Below, one piece after another: positions 17,040-31,066 of a DNA stretch of 64,000 nucleotides. The stretch is from the human T2T-CHM13v2.0 reference genome, Homo sapiens, in the NCBI RefSeq assembly GCF_009914755.1, contig NC_060928.1; one strand, 5' to 3'. The translations under genes were made by a program, and so were the position numbers. Below the pieces are notes generated by a model. That model did no database searches and was not told the origin of the DNA. It saw only the letters and a list, made by a program, of their open reading frames with translations. The stretch's first letter is position 1. Each line of letters opens with the position of its first letter.

Positions 17040-19306
17040 TGTATTAGTTCGTTTTCACACTGCTGAAAAAGACATATCTGAGACTCGGCAATTTACAAAA
17101 GAAAGATGTTTAATGGACTTACGGTTCCACGTGGCTGGGGAGGCCTCCCACAATCATGGCAGAAGGTGAAAGGCACGTCTCACATGGTGGTCGACAAGAG
17201 AAGAGAGCTTATGCAGGGAAACTCCCCTTTTTACAACCATCAGATCTTGTGAGACTTATTCACTGTCATGAGAACAGCATGGGAAAGACCTGTCCCCATG
17301 ACTCAATTACCTCCCCCTAGGTCCCTCCCACAACACATGGGAATTCAGGATGAGACTTGGGTGAAGACACAGCCAAACCATATCATTCCACCCCTGGTTC
17401 TTCCCAAATCTCACATCTTCACATTTCAAAGCCAATCATGCTTTCCCAACTGTTCCCAAAGTCATAACTCATTTCAGCATTAACTCAAAAGTCCACAGCC
17501 CAAAGTCTCATCTGAGACAAGGCAAGTCCCTTTCACCTATGAGCCTGTGAAATCAAAAGCAAGTTAGTTAATTCCTAGATACAATGGGAATGCAGGCATT
17601 GGGTAAATACAGCCATTCCAAATGAGAGAAATTGGCCAAAACAAAGAGGTTACAGGCCCCACACAAGTCCAAAATCCAGTGGGGAAGTCAAATCTTAAAG
17701 CTCCAAAATGATTTCTTTGACTGCATGTCTCATATCCAGGTCAAGCTGATGCAAGAGGTAGGCTCCCATGGCCTTGGGCAGCTCTGCCCATATGGATTTG
17801 CAGGGTATATCCCTCCTCCTGGCTGCTTTCACAGGTTGTCATTGAGTGTCTGTGGCTTTTCCAGGTGCATGGTGCAAGCTGTCGGTGGTTCTACTAATCT
17901 GAAATCTGGAGGATGGTGGCCCTCTTCTCACAGCTTCACTAGGCAGTCGCCCAGTAGAGACCCTGTGTGGGGGATTCAACCCCACATTTCTCTTCTGCAC
18001 TGTCCTAGCAGAGGATCTCCATAAGGGCCCTGCCCCTGCAGCAAACTTCTGCCTGGGCATCCAGGAGTTTCCATACAGCCTCTGAAATCTAGGCAGAGGT
18101 CCCAAACCTCAATTCTTGACTTCTGTGCACTGGCAGGCTCAATATCACATGGAAGCCGCCAAGGCTTGACGCTTGCACCCTCTGAAGCCTCGACTCGAGC
18201 CCTATATTGGCCCCTTTCAGCTTTGGCTGGAGTGGCTGGGATGCAGGACACCAAGTCCCTAGGCTGCACACAGCATGGGGACCCTGAGCCTGGCCCACAA
18301 GACCACTTTTTCCTCCTAAACCTCCAGACCTGTGATGGGAAGTGCTGCCATGAAGACCTCTGAGATGCCCTAGAGACATTTTCCCCATTGCCTGGGTGAT
18401 TAACATTTGGCTCCTCGTTACTTATGTAAATTTCTGCAGTCAGCTTGAATTTCTCCTCAGAAAATGGATTTTTCTTTTCTATTGCATTGTCAAGCTGCAA
18501 ATTTTCTGAACTTTTATGCTGTGCTTCCCTTATAAAACTGAATGCCTTTAACAGCACCCAAGTCACGTCTTGAATGGTTTGCTGCTTAGAAATTTCTTCT
18601 GCCAGATACCTTAAATCATCTCTCTCAAGTTCAAAGTTCTACAAATCTCTGGGGCAGGGGAAAATGCCTCCAATCTCTTTGCTAAGATATAACAAGAGTC
18701 ACCTTTGCTCCAGTTCCCAAACAAGTTCCTCATCTCCATCTGAGACCTCCTAAGCCTGGGCCTTATTGTTCACATTACTATCAGCATTTTCGTCAAAGCC
18801 ATTTAACAACTCTCTAGGAAGTTCCAAACTTTCCCACATTTTTCTGTCTTCTTCTGAGCTCTCCAAACTGTTCCAACCTCTGCCTGTTACCCACTTCCAA
18901 AGTTGCTTCCACATTTTCAGGTATCTTTTCAGCAGGACCCTACTCTACTGGTACCAATTTACTGTATTTGCTCATTTTCACACTGCTGATAAAGACATAC
19001 CCTAGACTGGGCAATTTACAACAGAAAGATGTTTAATGAACTTACAGTTCCACATGGCTGAGAAGGCCTCATAATCATGGTAGAAGGTGAAAGGCACATC
19101 TCACATGGCAGCAGACAAGAGAAGAGAGCTCGTGTAGGGAAACTCCTCTTTTTACAACCATCAGCTCTTGTGAGACTTATCCACTATCACAAGAACAGCA
19201 CGGGAAAGACCTGCCCCCAAGATTCAATTATCTCCCACCAGGTCCCTCCCACAACACGTGGGACTTCAAGATGAGATTTGGGTGGGGACACAGCCAAACC
19301 ATACCA
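17040..19306 (-). mobile_element. Full-length THE1B MaLR element (LTR 17040-17385, internal 17386-18962, LTR 18963-19306)
   Basis: Two ~345-bp direct repeats beginning TGTATT and ending CCAAACCATA(T/C)CA around a ~1.6 kb THE1 internal region; internal ORF remnants (e.g. 17976-18566) are decayed. Confidence 0.93.
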
Positions 19307-19540
19307 GTTGGATACCCTAGAAACCTGTGAATGTGAGAAGTACTGTCAAAGCCACTAAACCATGGGGGCAGGAGTTAAATGCAGCATAATCATGGCAATG
19401 GCTGACAAAGATATAAGTGGTGACCATTTTATTATTAACTTAAAGAAGATAAATGGGAAGAAATTAAGACAAAAGGAAGTGTTATAAAGGCAAGATAGGT
19501 GGAAAAGATCTTGGTCAAGATCCAGGCAAATGTCAGCCAA

Positions 19541-19624
19541 AGTTCAACTGGAGTCTGTATTGCATGCTAGGACATAGATGAGTTCAACTGAAGTCTATAC
19601 TGCATGCTAGAACAGAGATGAGTT
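19541..19624. repeat. Tandem duplication, 2 x 40 bp
   Basis: AGTTCAACTGGAGTCTGTATTGCATGCTAGGACATAGATG / AGTTCAACTGAAGTCTATACTGCATGCTAGAACAGAGATG, 5 mismatches. Confidence 0.9.
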
Positions 19625-20009
19625 GCGGGTAGGGGGGGATGGTGTGGGCAGGAGAGCTTCAAATTTTCATTTTATAGAGGAAAATTGAATCTCAGGGAGA
19701 TGGAGTTACAAACTTACTGGATGGCAGAAGTAAGTCATTATTTTTCTTTATCTGTCATCTCTGCAATGGAAATCCTACCCATCCTTCAAAGATCAATTCA
19801 AAAGCCACCCTCTGTTACTCACTTCCCTGTTTTTCCTAACTCCTGATCTCTTTCACCTCTGAATTTCTGCAGATTTTAGTAGTGTTTATGTAACAATTTC
19901 TACTTATATTTTGGTTATTTGTATGTAATGTCTTAACTTTCATAGTCTTCAGACTGTATACACCATGTACGTGACAACCATAAACTTTTGTTGATATGAA
20001 TAAATGAAT

Positions 20010-20301
20010 GGACCAGGCACAGTAGCTCATGTCTGTAATCACAACACTTTGGGAGGCCAAAGCGGGAGGATCTTTTGAGCCCAGGAGTTTGAGACTAGCC
20101 TGGGCAATATAGTGAGACCTTGTCTCTGCAAATAATAAAAAATTAGCCAGGTGTGGTGGCATGTGCCTGTAGTCCTAGCTACTCAGGAGACTGAGGCAGG
20201 AGGGTCATTTGAATCCAGGAGAGACTGCAGCGAGCTATGATGGCACCACTGCATTCCAGCCTGGGTGACAGAGTGAGATGTCCCAAAAATAAATAAATAA
20301 A
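20010..20301 (+). mobile_element. AluJ-type element
   Basis: TTGAGCCCAGGAGTTTGAGACTAGCCTGGGCAA left-arm diagnostics; (AAAT)n tail. Confidence 0.9.
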
Positions 20302-22849
20302 TTTCAAGACCATTTAATGGACAGATTCCTTAGCCCTGTCTGAATTTAAAAGCAAAACAGTTTTATTTTGTTTTTCCTGGCTTACTATCCTGTTCCTGTT
20401 GCAGGCTGCTTGAACTCAAAGAAAGAGGCTCACTGATGAGTATGTAGGTAGGGAGGGCCTTCAACGTAGTGTGTCCTCTTGCTGGAGAGAAAAGAACAGG
20501 GAGAAAAAATGAAATGTACCCTGACCTCATCATTTTTTTCTCTTTTTCAATAAATGACCTTCATGAATTCTATTTGTTTTATTTCTCCCTGTTCCTATGA
20601 AACCAGAAGGTAAGTTTTTTAGGGTTTCTCCTCAGAGCATTCTATTACCTCCATGTTATGATTCCAGTAAATAAACAAATTCTAGGGACCTTTGGTAGAC
20701 CAAAGGCCAGACAATGTCAGCTTTTCTCTGCTTTCTACTTTGAGTGACAGTCAGGTAGTACAAATGCAGCCCAGTGTGGTGTGGGGTCACAGGACCAAAT
20801 TAGTCAGATGTATGGTAGCTAACTGATCATTTCAAAGTAAGAAAGGATGGATTTAAAACTTTTGCTATTATTATGATGGTAAAGGAGAAGTCATTATGAA
20901 ATTACATTAAAAGTAAAAAAGATGGTTTATACCTAAAGGAGGAATTAACAGCTCAGAAATAAAGATGTTTTTTTCCTCTCAGTGAGCACTTGTGAATTTA
21001 GAAACCCCAGGAGTGAGTCACTGAAAATGTCCCAACAGATAACATATTGTTAATCTTTTTCTTCTCCTAGAAAATCCAATGTGAGAGACTAAAAAATCTA
21101 AAATAAAGTCCACTGCCTATCAAATATCTGGAGAAACTAATGGTAGAACAGTGATGAGATCAAAACAAAATAAAACCATCAGCTGATCTAATTCCAAGAA
21201 CTAGAGAGGGTGTGTTTTGGTTTCTGCAAAATTCTGGAAAGCAAAGCAGCTGGTCAAATTCTTAACTCCTTCAGGGCAGAGCTGTGTTTTATTTTACCTA
21301 TGAATTCCCTTTAGCGCTCAGCAGCACAGAGTAGGTGCTTGGGACATGTTTGCTGCATTAAAAGCGTTGAGCCATACTTGGTATAGCAAAGGCAACCATG
21401 TGCTATGTTAGTTATCTCTCATATCAAGCCTTTCTGAGTCTCTGCCAATCTTCTGTGTTCTTTGTACTTCACAAATTGGTGACAGAAAAGCAGATGCCCG
21501 TAGTCTTTTGTACTATCTGTTCTAAGCCTGGGTTTCACAGTTACTTCTTGCCTTTTGTGTGTGTGTGCTAGTGAAAAAGTGATGACTTTTCTGGTAAATG
21601 ATATATGTCTCCACTGCCTCTAAAGATGCTACATCAAAAGACCTCCAGGACTCCTATTTTTCATGCCTAGCAACTATTATTGATTGGAATTCGGTCTCAG
21701 AGTTTAATAATTTCATTCCCAAATCTCTGGGGTGCAGAGAGCTAGTCTCAGGGGTGGGAGGAGGTCCACGTTTGGCTGAAATACCTGTTCCTCTTGTTCC
21801 CACTCATAGGCCCGTTTCACATTAATGAGCCAGACAGCTCTGCCTAGAGAGCCTATTGCTTTTTTTTTTAAATAAGTTTCTTGATCTTAAAAACATACAT
21901 TTTATTGTTAAAAGTGATTGCAGACAACCGTATAGAGTAAAAAGGAGGAGTGTTCCAATCTTTTGCCATCCTATCATTGATCCCTTTCACCAGAGGTCAT
22001 TGCTGATAAAATCCTGACCTTCAGAGATTCAGACAGATTACATCACTGCCAATGTTTGAAAAAAGAAAACTCTTACATTCAAAATAATTCTGTCTGCATG
22101 CCTTGCAATAGTTCATTTTGCAGTTTTGATGAAACACTGGTCAGGTACTGTAAAGGATCTCAAAGTTATTACTCCCAGTACATCCTGTGTGTGGTACAGA
22201 CTGTCAAACGTACACCTTGTATTATTCTTCATACATCCTGGATTCCTGGGGAGAGGGTGTATGATGTGGGCGTGTTTCGTGTGCTTGATATCTATAAATA
22301 TACTCAGAGGCTGCTCAAAGCTGCTCACTGTTATTTCAGCACATTCACTATTCCCGGTTTTTACATACACCCGCACCCTCACAAAAAAGGAGTAAAACTG
22401 AATTTATTTCTGCTATCATGATCATGATTCCAGATAAATTGCTACAAAACTAGTCATCATTTTCTAGGTGTACCTCACCCCAAAGATACAAAATTAACTT
22501 CTAGTTTTTCAGCAGCAATGTGTAGAACACTCTGTTTCTACTCATTTTCTTGACCTCCTTCAGGGCTGACTTGAGATGCTGACTTCTATTTATGCCTCCA
22601 CCTGCCTTCTGCAGTTTGACTCAGGGATCATCTTCTTTTAGCTCATGACTCTGACTCCATTTTTCCGCTAAAGCTTTTCCTTTTTCTTTCTCCAGGAATC
22701 CCAGCCCACAAGTCTTCCACCCACTGCTGCCTGTACCCTGCCCTTGCAGTCTGCACTTATCTGGAGTATGGGACCTTGAGAGTGTTCAGGGCCCATCATG
22801 ATCAGCCCCTATTCACCCAGCCAGTCTCACCTCCCATGGCTCTTTCTCA

Positions 22850-23595
22850 TATGTAACATTGTGGTTAGGAGCATAGATTCAGGAGTCAGTGTCTGGGTCC
22901 AAATCTTGGCTTTGTTTCTTATAAGTTATGGGTTACTTAACACCATATGGACTTCATTTTCCTCATCTGGAAAATGGGGATCTTAGTCCAGTTACCTACA
23001 TCACAGGGTTTTTATAAAGACGGTGGGTGGACTGTTGCAGTAATCGCAAACCCAGCAAATCATGCCTGAAACCATGCTCTTGCGAAGTCCCCTTTGACAT
23101 TGATTTTGGGTTTGGCCATGTGGCCTGCTTTGGCTGATGGCACAAGCAGATATTTGATATGTGCTTGCACGTTGAGTTTTGTACTCATTTGCTTGCTGGT
23201 TTTTGGAACTCAACCACCACCTGAAAAAGCCTAGGGTAGCCTGCTGGATTCTGAGAGATGCTTGTCTCAATAGACTCCATCCCCCAAGTCAACTGAGACA
23301 TGTGGGTGGGGGGACATCTGGGACTAGCCAGCCCCAGCTAACTTGCCAAGTGACTACAAATACATGAGTAATTCCAGCTATTATATGGAGCAAAAAGATG
23401 GACTGTGCTAGCCCAAATTGCCAACTCACAGAATCTTAACCTAATAAATGGTGAAGGAGTCACTAAATTTTGGGGTGATTTGTTATGTAGCCATAGTTAA
23501 CTGATAGAAAGACAAGTGAGTTTTTACTTGGTACATGCAAAGTATTTAGAAAAGTGTCCGACATTTGGCATGTCAGTAGTTGTTTATTATTATTT
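22850..23595 (+). mobile_element. MIR split by an MLT1 LTR (~23030-23505)
   Basis: MIR core TTTCCTCATCTGGAAAATGGG; MLT1 3' end AATAAATG..TTTGGGGTGATTTGTTATGTAGC..TAACTGATA; MIR tail resumes afterwards. Confidence 0.7.
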
Positions 23596-24383
23596 ATCAT
23601 TAGCTTGAGTCGTAGGGGTCACCCTGGAAACTCCTGAATAGGCTGAGCCTTCTTATGCTTCCATGCCTCTGCATATGATTACAGTTTTCAAAAATGCATT
23701 CACTGACTGCCTACCTCCTATGTGTCCCTCAAGAAGGGGGATATTTAAAATATTTGACAATTAGTATGGTATGGGCACCATTAATCAGAATCAGGTGTGT
23801 ACCACCTAAATAAATATCAGGTCTGCCTTCAAGACTGATGAAGCATCACCATCATCAGTCACCTGAGTTATTGTAATACCTCATCAGATTTCTCTGCTTC
23901 TTTTCTTACATCTCTCCATCCTCACCCCATAGTTTGCTCTAAACATGGTTGTCATTTTTCAATGGAAATGATCCTTTAAAAATATAAGTCAGATCATATC
24001 ACCACGCAGAGAATCAAAGCTGCAATGGTTCTTCGGTTCACTCAGAGTAAGATCTAAGATCCTTGCAATGGTTCACAAGTCCTGCAAGTTCTGAGTCTTC
24101 CACTCCTGCTCCTTACCTCTCTGATTTTTCTCTCCTTCCTTCACTGTGCTCCAGCCACATTGGTCTTCTTGTTCTTTCCCAAAAATCCTACCTTAGAGAT
24201 TTTGTTCTAGCTGTTATTTCTGCTCGAAATGCTTGTCCTGAAAGAACAGACTTGCCTAACTACTTCACCTTTTCTAAGTCTTGCTCAAATACTTCTCAAT
24301 GAAACCTAAACTGAGTATTAATCTGCAATCTGCTCCCTAATGTTACCCTACACTCTCACTCTCCCTTTTACTCTATCACCTTC

Positions 24384-24460
24384 TATAATAGTCAGGAATC
24401 CCCCAGAGAAGCAAAACCAGAAGGATATATATATATATATGAATATATATACACAGAAGG

Positions 24461-24506
<46 letters not shown>

Positions 24507-24803
24507 CCTTGCAAGGAACTGGCTTATGCAACTGTGGGGGCTGGCTAGGCAAACCAAGATCTGTAGGGCAGGCTGTCAGAAAAAACAGATTGAATTCCCA
24601 AGCACAAGCTAAGGCTTCAGTCCATAGGCAGAATTATTTGTTTTTTAGGGAAACTGCAGTTCTATTTGTAAGGTCTTTCACCTCACTGAATCAGGCCCAT
24701 CCGGATTTCTAGGATGATGGTCACAGCAACACCTACACTGGTGTTTGACTGAATAACTAAGGACTATAGCCTGGCCAACTGGCACATAAAATTGGCCATC
24801 ACA
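24384..24803 (-). mobile_element. MLT2 solo LTR with (TA)n/(TG)n microsatellite, inside an L2 (~23840-24950)
   Basis: AAGGAACTGGCTTATGCAACTGTGGGGGCTGG and end CATAAAATTGGCCATCACA; 5-bp TSD CCTTC/TCTTC. Confidence 0.8.
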
Positions 24804-25579
24804 TCTTCTAATATATTATATAATTTTCTAATTTCTTATGTCTATCATCTGTCTCCTTCACTAAAATAAAGTTTCCATGACCATTGGGGATGTTTTTGTT
24901 TGCTGATACATTTCATAGTAAATATTCAATAGATGTTTGTTGAATTAAATAGAAACATCACATCCCCAGGAAGTCTTTTGACTACCTGCTATCCCCAAAA
25001 CAGACACCTACCTACCCTAAGTTAGGTGCCAATCCTCTTCTTTCTACCTCCTAGTTAGCTAAATCCATCCACTTTAATTAGACTGATTTAACTTCATTCC
25101 AAGAGATTAAGTAAAGCACCAGGAATAACTAAGCATCTTATGGTTTCATTTATTTAACTTATTTATCTCTTTGCTCCCATTAGCCTCCTATTTTGCATCT
25201 ATTCCTTTATCTTTCTTCTGCTTCTTTCTTCTACTTCGAATCATTAGGAAAAATAAAAAGGAGGATGCATTATGATGAAATTTATAAAAAGAAGCCTTAC
25301 ACTAAAGGCAGTGTTGACTTGTGTGATATCTCCACCTATAGAAATAGTCTTTCAATTTAGCAACATGCCTCCATTTATTTTACCAGCATTTATTAAGCAC
25401 TAAATATGTCAGACATTGTATAAAGTACTGAGACCACAGAAATAAAAATCAATGTCACTGCCTTCAAATTGCTTATAATCTTTAGTAATTGTTAATTATC
25501 ATATATTATCAATCATTACAATTATTAATGATTCCTATCAATTATTTATTGTTTATTACTCATTACTTAAGCCTTTATT

Positions 25580-26225
<646 letters not shown>

Positions 26226-26869
26226 GTCTAGTTCGTTGTATTTGATAATGTACTACTAAAACAATTTTTAACTCTGCAAAATAATTCTGCTTCTATGATA
26301 TAATTTGATGTTCACAATAAATCTAAGATGTAGGTAGGCCAAGTATTATTGGCTCCGTTTTTTACACAACATAATGAAAAATTGAGGTGGTTAATTTACA
26401 GATTTGGAGTGTAGTGGTGGTTCTAGAATTTACATGTCCTCCTTAGCTACCTTAAGTCTAAAGAGTATTGCAGAGGGATTTCACCCCCTTCCTCACTTTC
26501 CTCAGTACAAGATTTTAGACTGAAGTAGGTCAATGATTGGGAGGGGCAGAAAAATGAACACAAAGTTACATTTGGAATTTTAACTATTACTTAAGGCTGA
26601 GTTGTGGCATTTTAGCACTAAGTGGCTGGGGGACTTTTTATTATCTGAGAGTCATGGGCCTGTTCAATGTTTCATCTTAGGATAGAAAAAGATCACACCA
26701 ATGAATACATGTGTAAAGGGACAATGGAAGCAAATATTGAATTTTTCTATGCAATCAAAATGTGTCACATTTATTCAGCTTACCAGTTACAGAGATGCAC
26801 ACACACCACACACACACAGACACTTTTTTTCTTTTACATAAATAGGCTCATACTGTATACAGTATCTTT

Positions 26870-27617
26870 TACTGTTGTCGTTGTTGAGACAGGGTCTCAC
26901 TCTGCCATCCAGGCTGGAGTGCAGTGGTGTGATCATGGCTCATTGTAGCCTGGATCTCCTTGGACTCAGGTGATCCTCCCGCACCAGCCTCCTGAGTAGC
27001 TGGGACTACAGGTGCATGCTACTATGCCTGGCTAATATTTGTATTTTTTTTTTTTTATAGATACAGGGTTTCATCATGTTGCCCAGGCAGGTAGTATTTT
27101 CTAACTTACTTTTTCCTTTCAACAGTATGTCATCTTTTTATGACATTAAGTTTTCTTATACTGTGTCAATTTTAATGGTCCCATAGTAGTCTACTATATG
27201 GTGGTTTTATAATAATATTTATCCAGTAACCTGTGGGCCAATTTGGTTTTCCAGTGTATTATTATATAAATAAGTTGCACTAAATATTCTTGTAGCTGAC
27301 TCAGTGCATGTATGAATATTTCTTTTCTTTTTTTTTGAAACTGAGTCTCTCTCTGTTGCCCAGGTTAGCATTCAGTGGGGCCATCTCAGCTCACTGCAAC
27401 CTCTGCCTCCCAGTTTAAAGTGATTCTACTGCCTCTGCCTCCCAAGCAGCTGGGATTACAGGTGTGTGCCACCATGCTTGGCTGATTTTTGTATTTTTAG
27501 TAGAGACTGGGTTTCACCATGTTGGCCAGCTGGTCTTGAACTCCCGGCCTCAAGTGATCTGCCTGCCTCGGCCTCCCAAAGTGCTGGGATTACAGGCTTC
27601 AGCCACCACACCTGGCC
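26870..27617 (-). mobile_element. Two antisense Alus (partial AluJ ~26870-27090; Alu ~27320-27617) in old L1
   Basis: Standard antisense Alu motifs. Confidence 0.9.
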
Positions 27618-30230
27618 ATATGATTATGTCTTTAGGATAAATTCCTAGAAGTGGAATTGCTATATCACAGGATACATCTATTTTTAAAATTTTGATGCAC
27701 ATGTAATGACTCCTTAATCAATATCCTTCCTTCCAAAATCTCCCAACTCCTAATTAGGTCTAACTACTTCAGCCAGATAAATCTCACTAAATATCATACT
27801 TGAATATTGTACTCCCTTGTTAAAAAGTCTCAGTGGTTTCTAGCTTATTAGATAAATTTAAAAGCTTTGGGGGTGTGGGGGGAGGCCCAGGGAAAATATC
27901 TCATCTTAACTTCTTTAATCTCACTTACCGCTCTTCAATTCCAGTTAGGGCTGACCTATAATTTCTGCCAGGTCCAACATTTCTATTTTTTTTTTCCCCT
28001 ACATGAGGAAGCTGCTCCCTTTTCTTCTCTGCTAATCTAAATCCTATATGTCCCCTGAAGTCCAGATCAAATTATACCTCTTCCAGAAAGTGTTACTGGA
28101 ATAATCCCACCCCCAAATTATCATTGCACCCATAAATCATATTCCTCTATAATTTTAGTATGTATATCCTAAAATTTCCTCGGGGTGGGCAAGCTGTTTC
28201 TGGGCAGGTTATATTTTGAATCTGCCTCCACAGCAAACACAGTGCTAAGTTCTGAATCTTGAAAAGGACTGTAAAATTGTACAATGAGTTACTGGAGAAA
28301 GTTCTTGAATATTCCCTGAATGCCTTTAAAATCGGTTATACTCCCATTTGAAATTAGGTAAATGGACTAACTGAGTTTTCAAAGAGGCTTCAGCCATATT
28401 TTTCTAAGAGTATAACTATAATTAGTTGTTGGTGAAGTATGAATCATTTTCAGCTGGCCCTGTGAAAGATACCTCCACTTACTCATAAAAATTATTTGGT
28501 GTGGAATAAGGTATGAGAGAAAAATCTCTCAAAGATGATTTAATCACCACAATTACCAAAGTAGTTGGTGGTGGTCACATGATGGATTTTGAAAACCACA
28601 TAAGTGAGGTTCCATTGTATAAAGATATTTTTATTCATAGCTTATGATACAAAACTGAACCAATGAATTTTCAAATTATCCTAGATACTGAACATTAAGA
28701 AAAACTTTGATTCATTTAAAAATACATAAATTATTTTCATTTCACCCCCCAAAGTATGGTGCTTCACTGTTCCAAAAATACTACACATTCAAATAAACTG
28801 TAATTATGAACACATACAGCTTCCCACAGTTAGAACTTTAAAGATGAATTGTGTTAAATAAAATGCATGTTGCTGCAATATTTAAATATGCTTTAAAGTA
28901 AATCATTATTATAAGTAGGTATGTAATTACTATGGCTTTAGGAAGGTTTAACTGGGAACTAAAATACAAAAGAATAAAATTTCTGCAGCTTTTGACCAAA
29001 ATACAATGAATAGATATCCACCATAAATCTGCTCTCTAATCCCTCATTCCAGGTCTTCCTAGATGAGGTAACTGGAATGAAAAATCATAGAGAGAAAAAG
29101 TAAAATTTGGAACAAAAGATATGAAAAATAGAAATAGAGAATCTAGAAATATTAAGAACTTCAGGCAATGTAAAATCCAATTTTTAAAAAAACGAATCTT
29201 TACTGGAGGAGTAGTGGCTTTGAATCTATCTCCCTAAGGATTAGAGCAAAAATAAGATTTCCAAAAGAGTGGGTATGTTTTGGTCAGAATGGAGGAGGAA
29301 GTTGTCTGTGGTACTAAGATGCAATGTAGTACCCACCTGGCACTAGGTACTCTTTAACCTAATGCATTAGTCAACCTTCTAGTATTCAAGTTTTTCCCTG
29401 AAATTTGCATCATTTTAACTTGTACATGTACTGGCAACTGGCAGCTGAGCTCTCCCTGCCTGGGTCTCCCACAGTTACAGCAAATTGGCAGTAAGCCTTC
29501 CTTAGCAGCTGCTAATGGGCTGAAGGTACCTACAGCATGATTCCACTTACATGAAACAAATACAAACCCACCTATTTCCATGTGTACCACATATGTATGC
29601 AACTACACAGAAAAATGTTTGAAAAGATACACTTAAAACTGTTAACATGTGCTACTTCTGGTGAGGAGATTAAGGGAAAGGTCAATGAGAACTTTCATTT
29701 TATGGTTTGAATTTCTACTATAAGAATGTAATCATTTTCTTTCCAGTAAAGCCTTGTGAAAAAAAAAAGGATGTAATCCTGTATTATTTGCTTTGAATTA
29801 TTTTAAAAATTAGCAACCAAGAAAGCAGCCCTGGGACGCCAGCCAATGCCCAGAGCAATGTGAAGAACAATGTAGTTGACCACAGAAAGCTGCATTACCA
29901 GTTTCTTCAGGGGCCAATAACTTTATGAGAGTGAATCTATCTTTGTACCAGGTGTCCTTGATCTGGCTAATCTACAACTTTCCGCTGGACATTTCACTGG
30001 GATATCTTGAGGTTCCTGCAAACTCTGTAGGCCTAAAACCACACACCATCATCTATCCCATGTGACTTTCTTATTTTTACCAACTCTATCATCATATTTT
30101 CAGGCTACTTCATCTTCCTTGCCCCCCATATCCAATTAGTCACTGAGTCATGTTTATCCCACCATTGCCATTTGGCTGCTTCTTTTCATTTGTGCCACAC
30201 TACACTACTTCATGCTTTTATCATGGATAA

Positions 30231-31066
<836 letters not shown>

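Noticed and set aside
17632-18566. ORFs up to 196 aa in the THE1B internal region
   Set aside because: Decayed MaLR internal ORF remnants, not a host gene.
19541-19624. Direct repeats considered as a CRISPR-like array
   Set aside because: Only two adjacent copies with no spacers, in mammalian DNA without cas genes.
22056-22421. Three overlapping 89-121 aa ORFs in apparently unique sequence
   Set aside because: No recognisable protein similarity, poly(A) or TSD; a BLAST search would be needed to exclude a retrocopy fragment.
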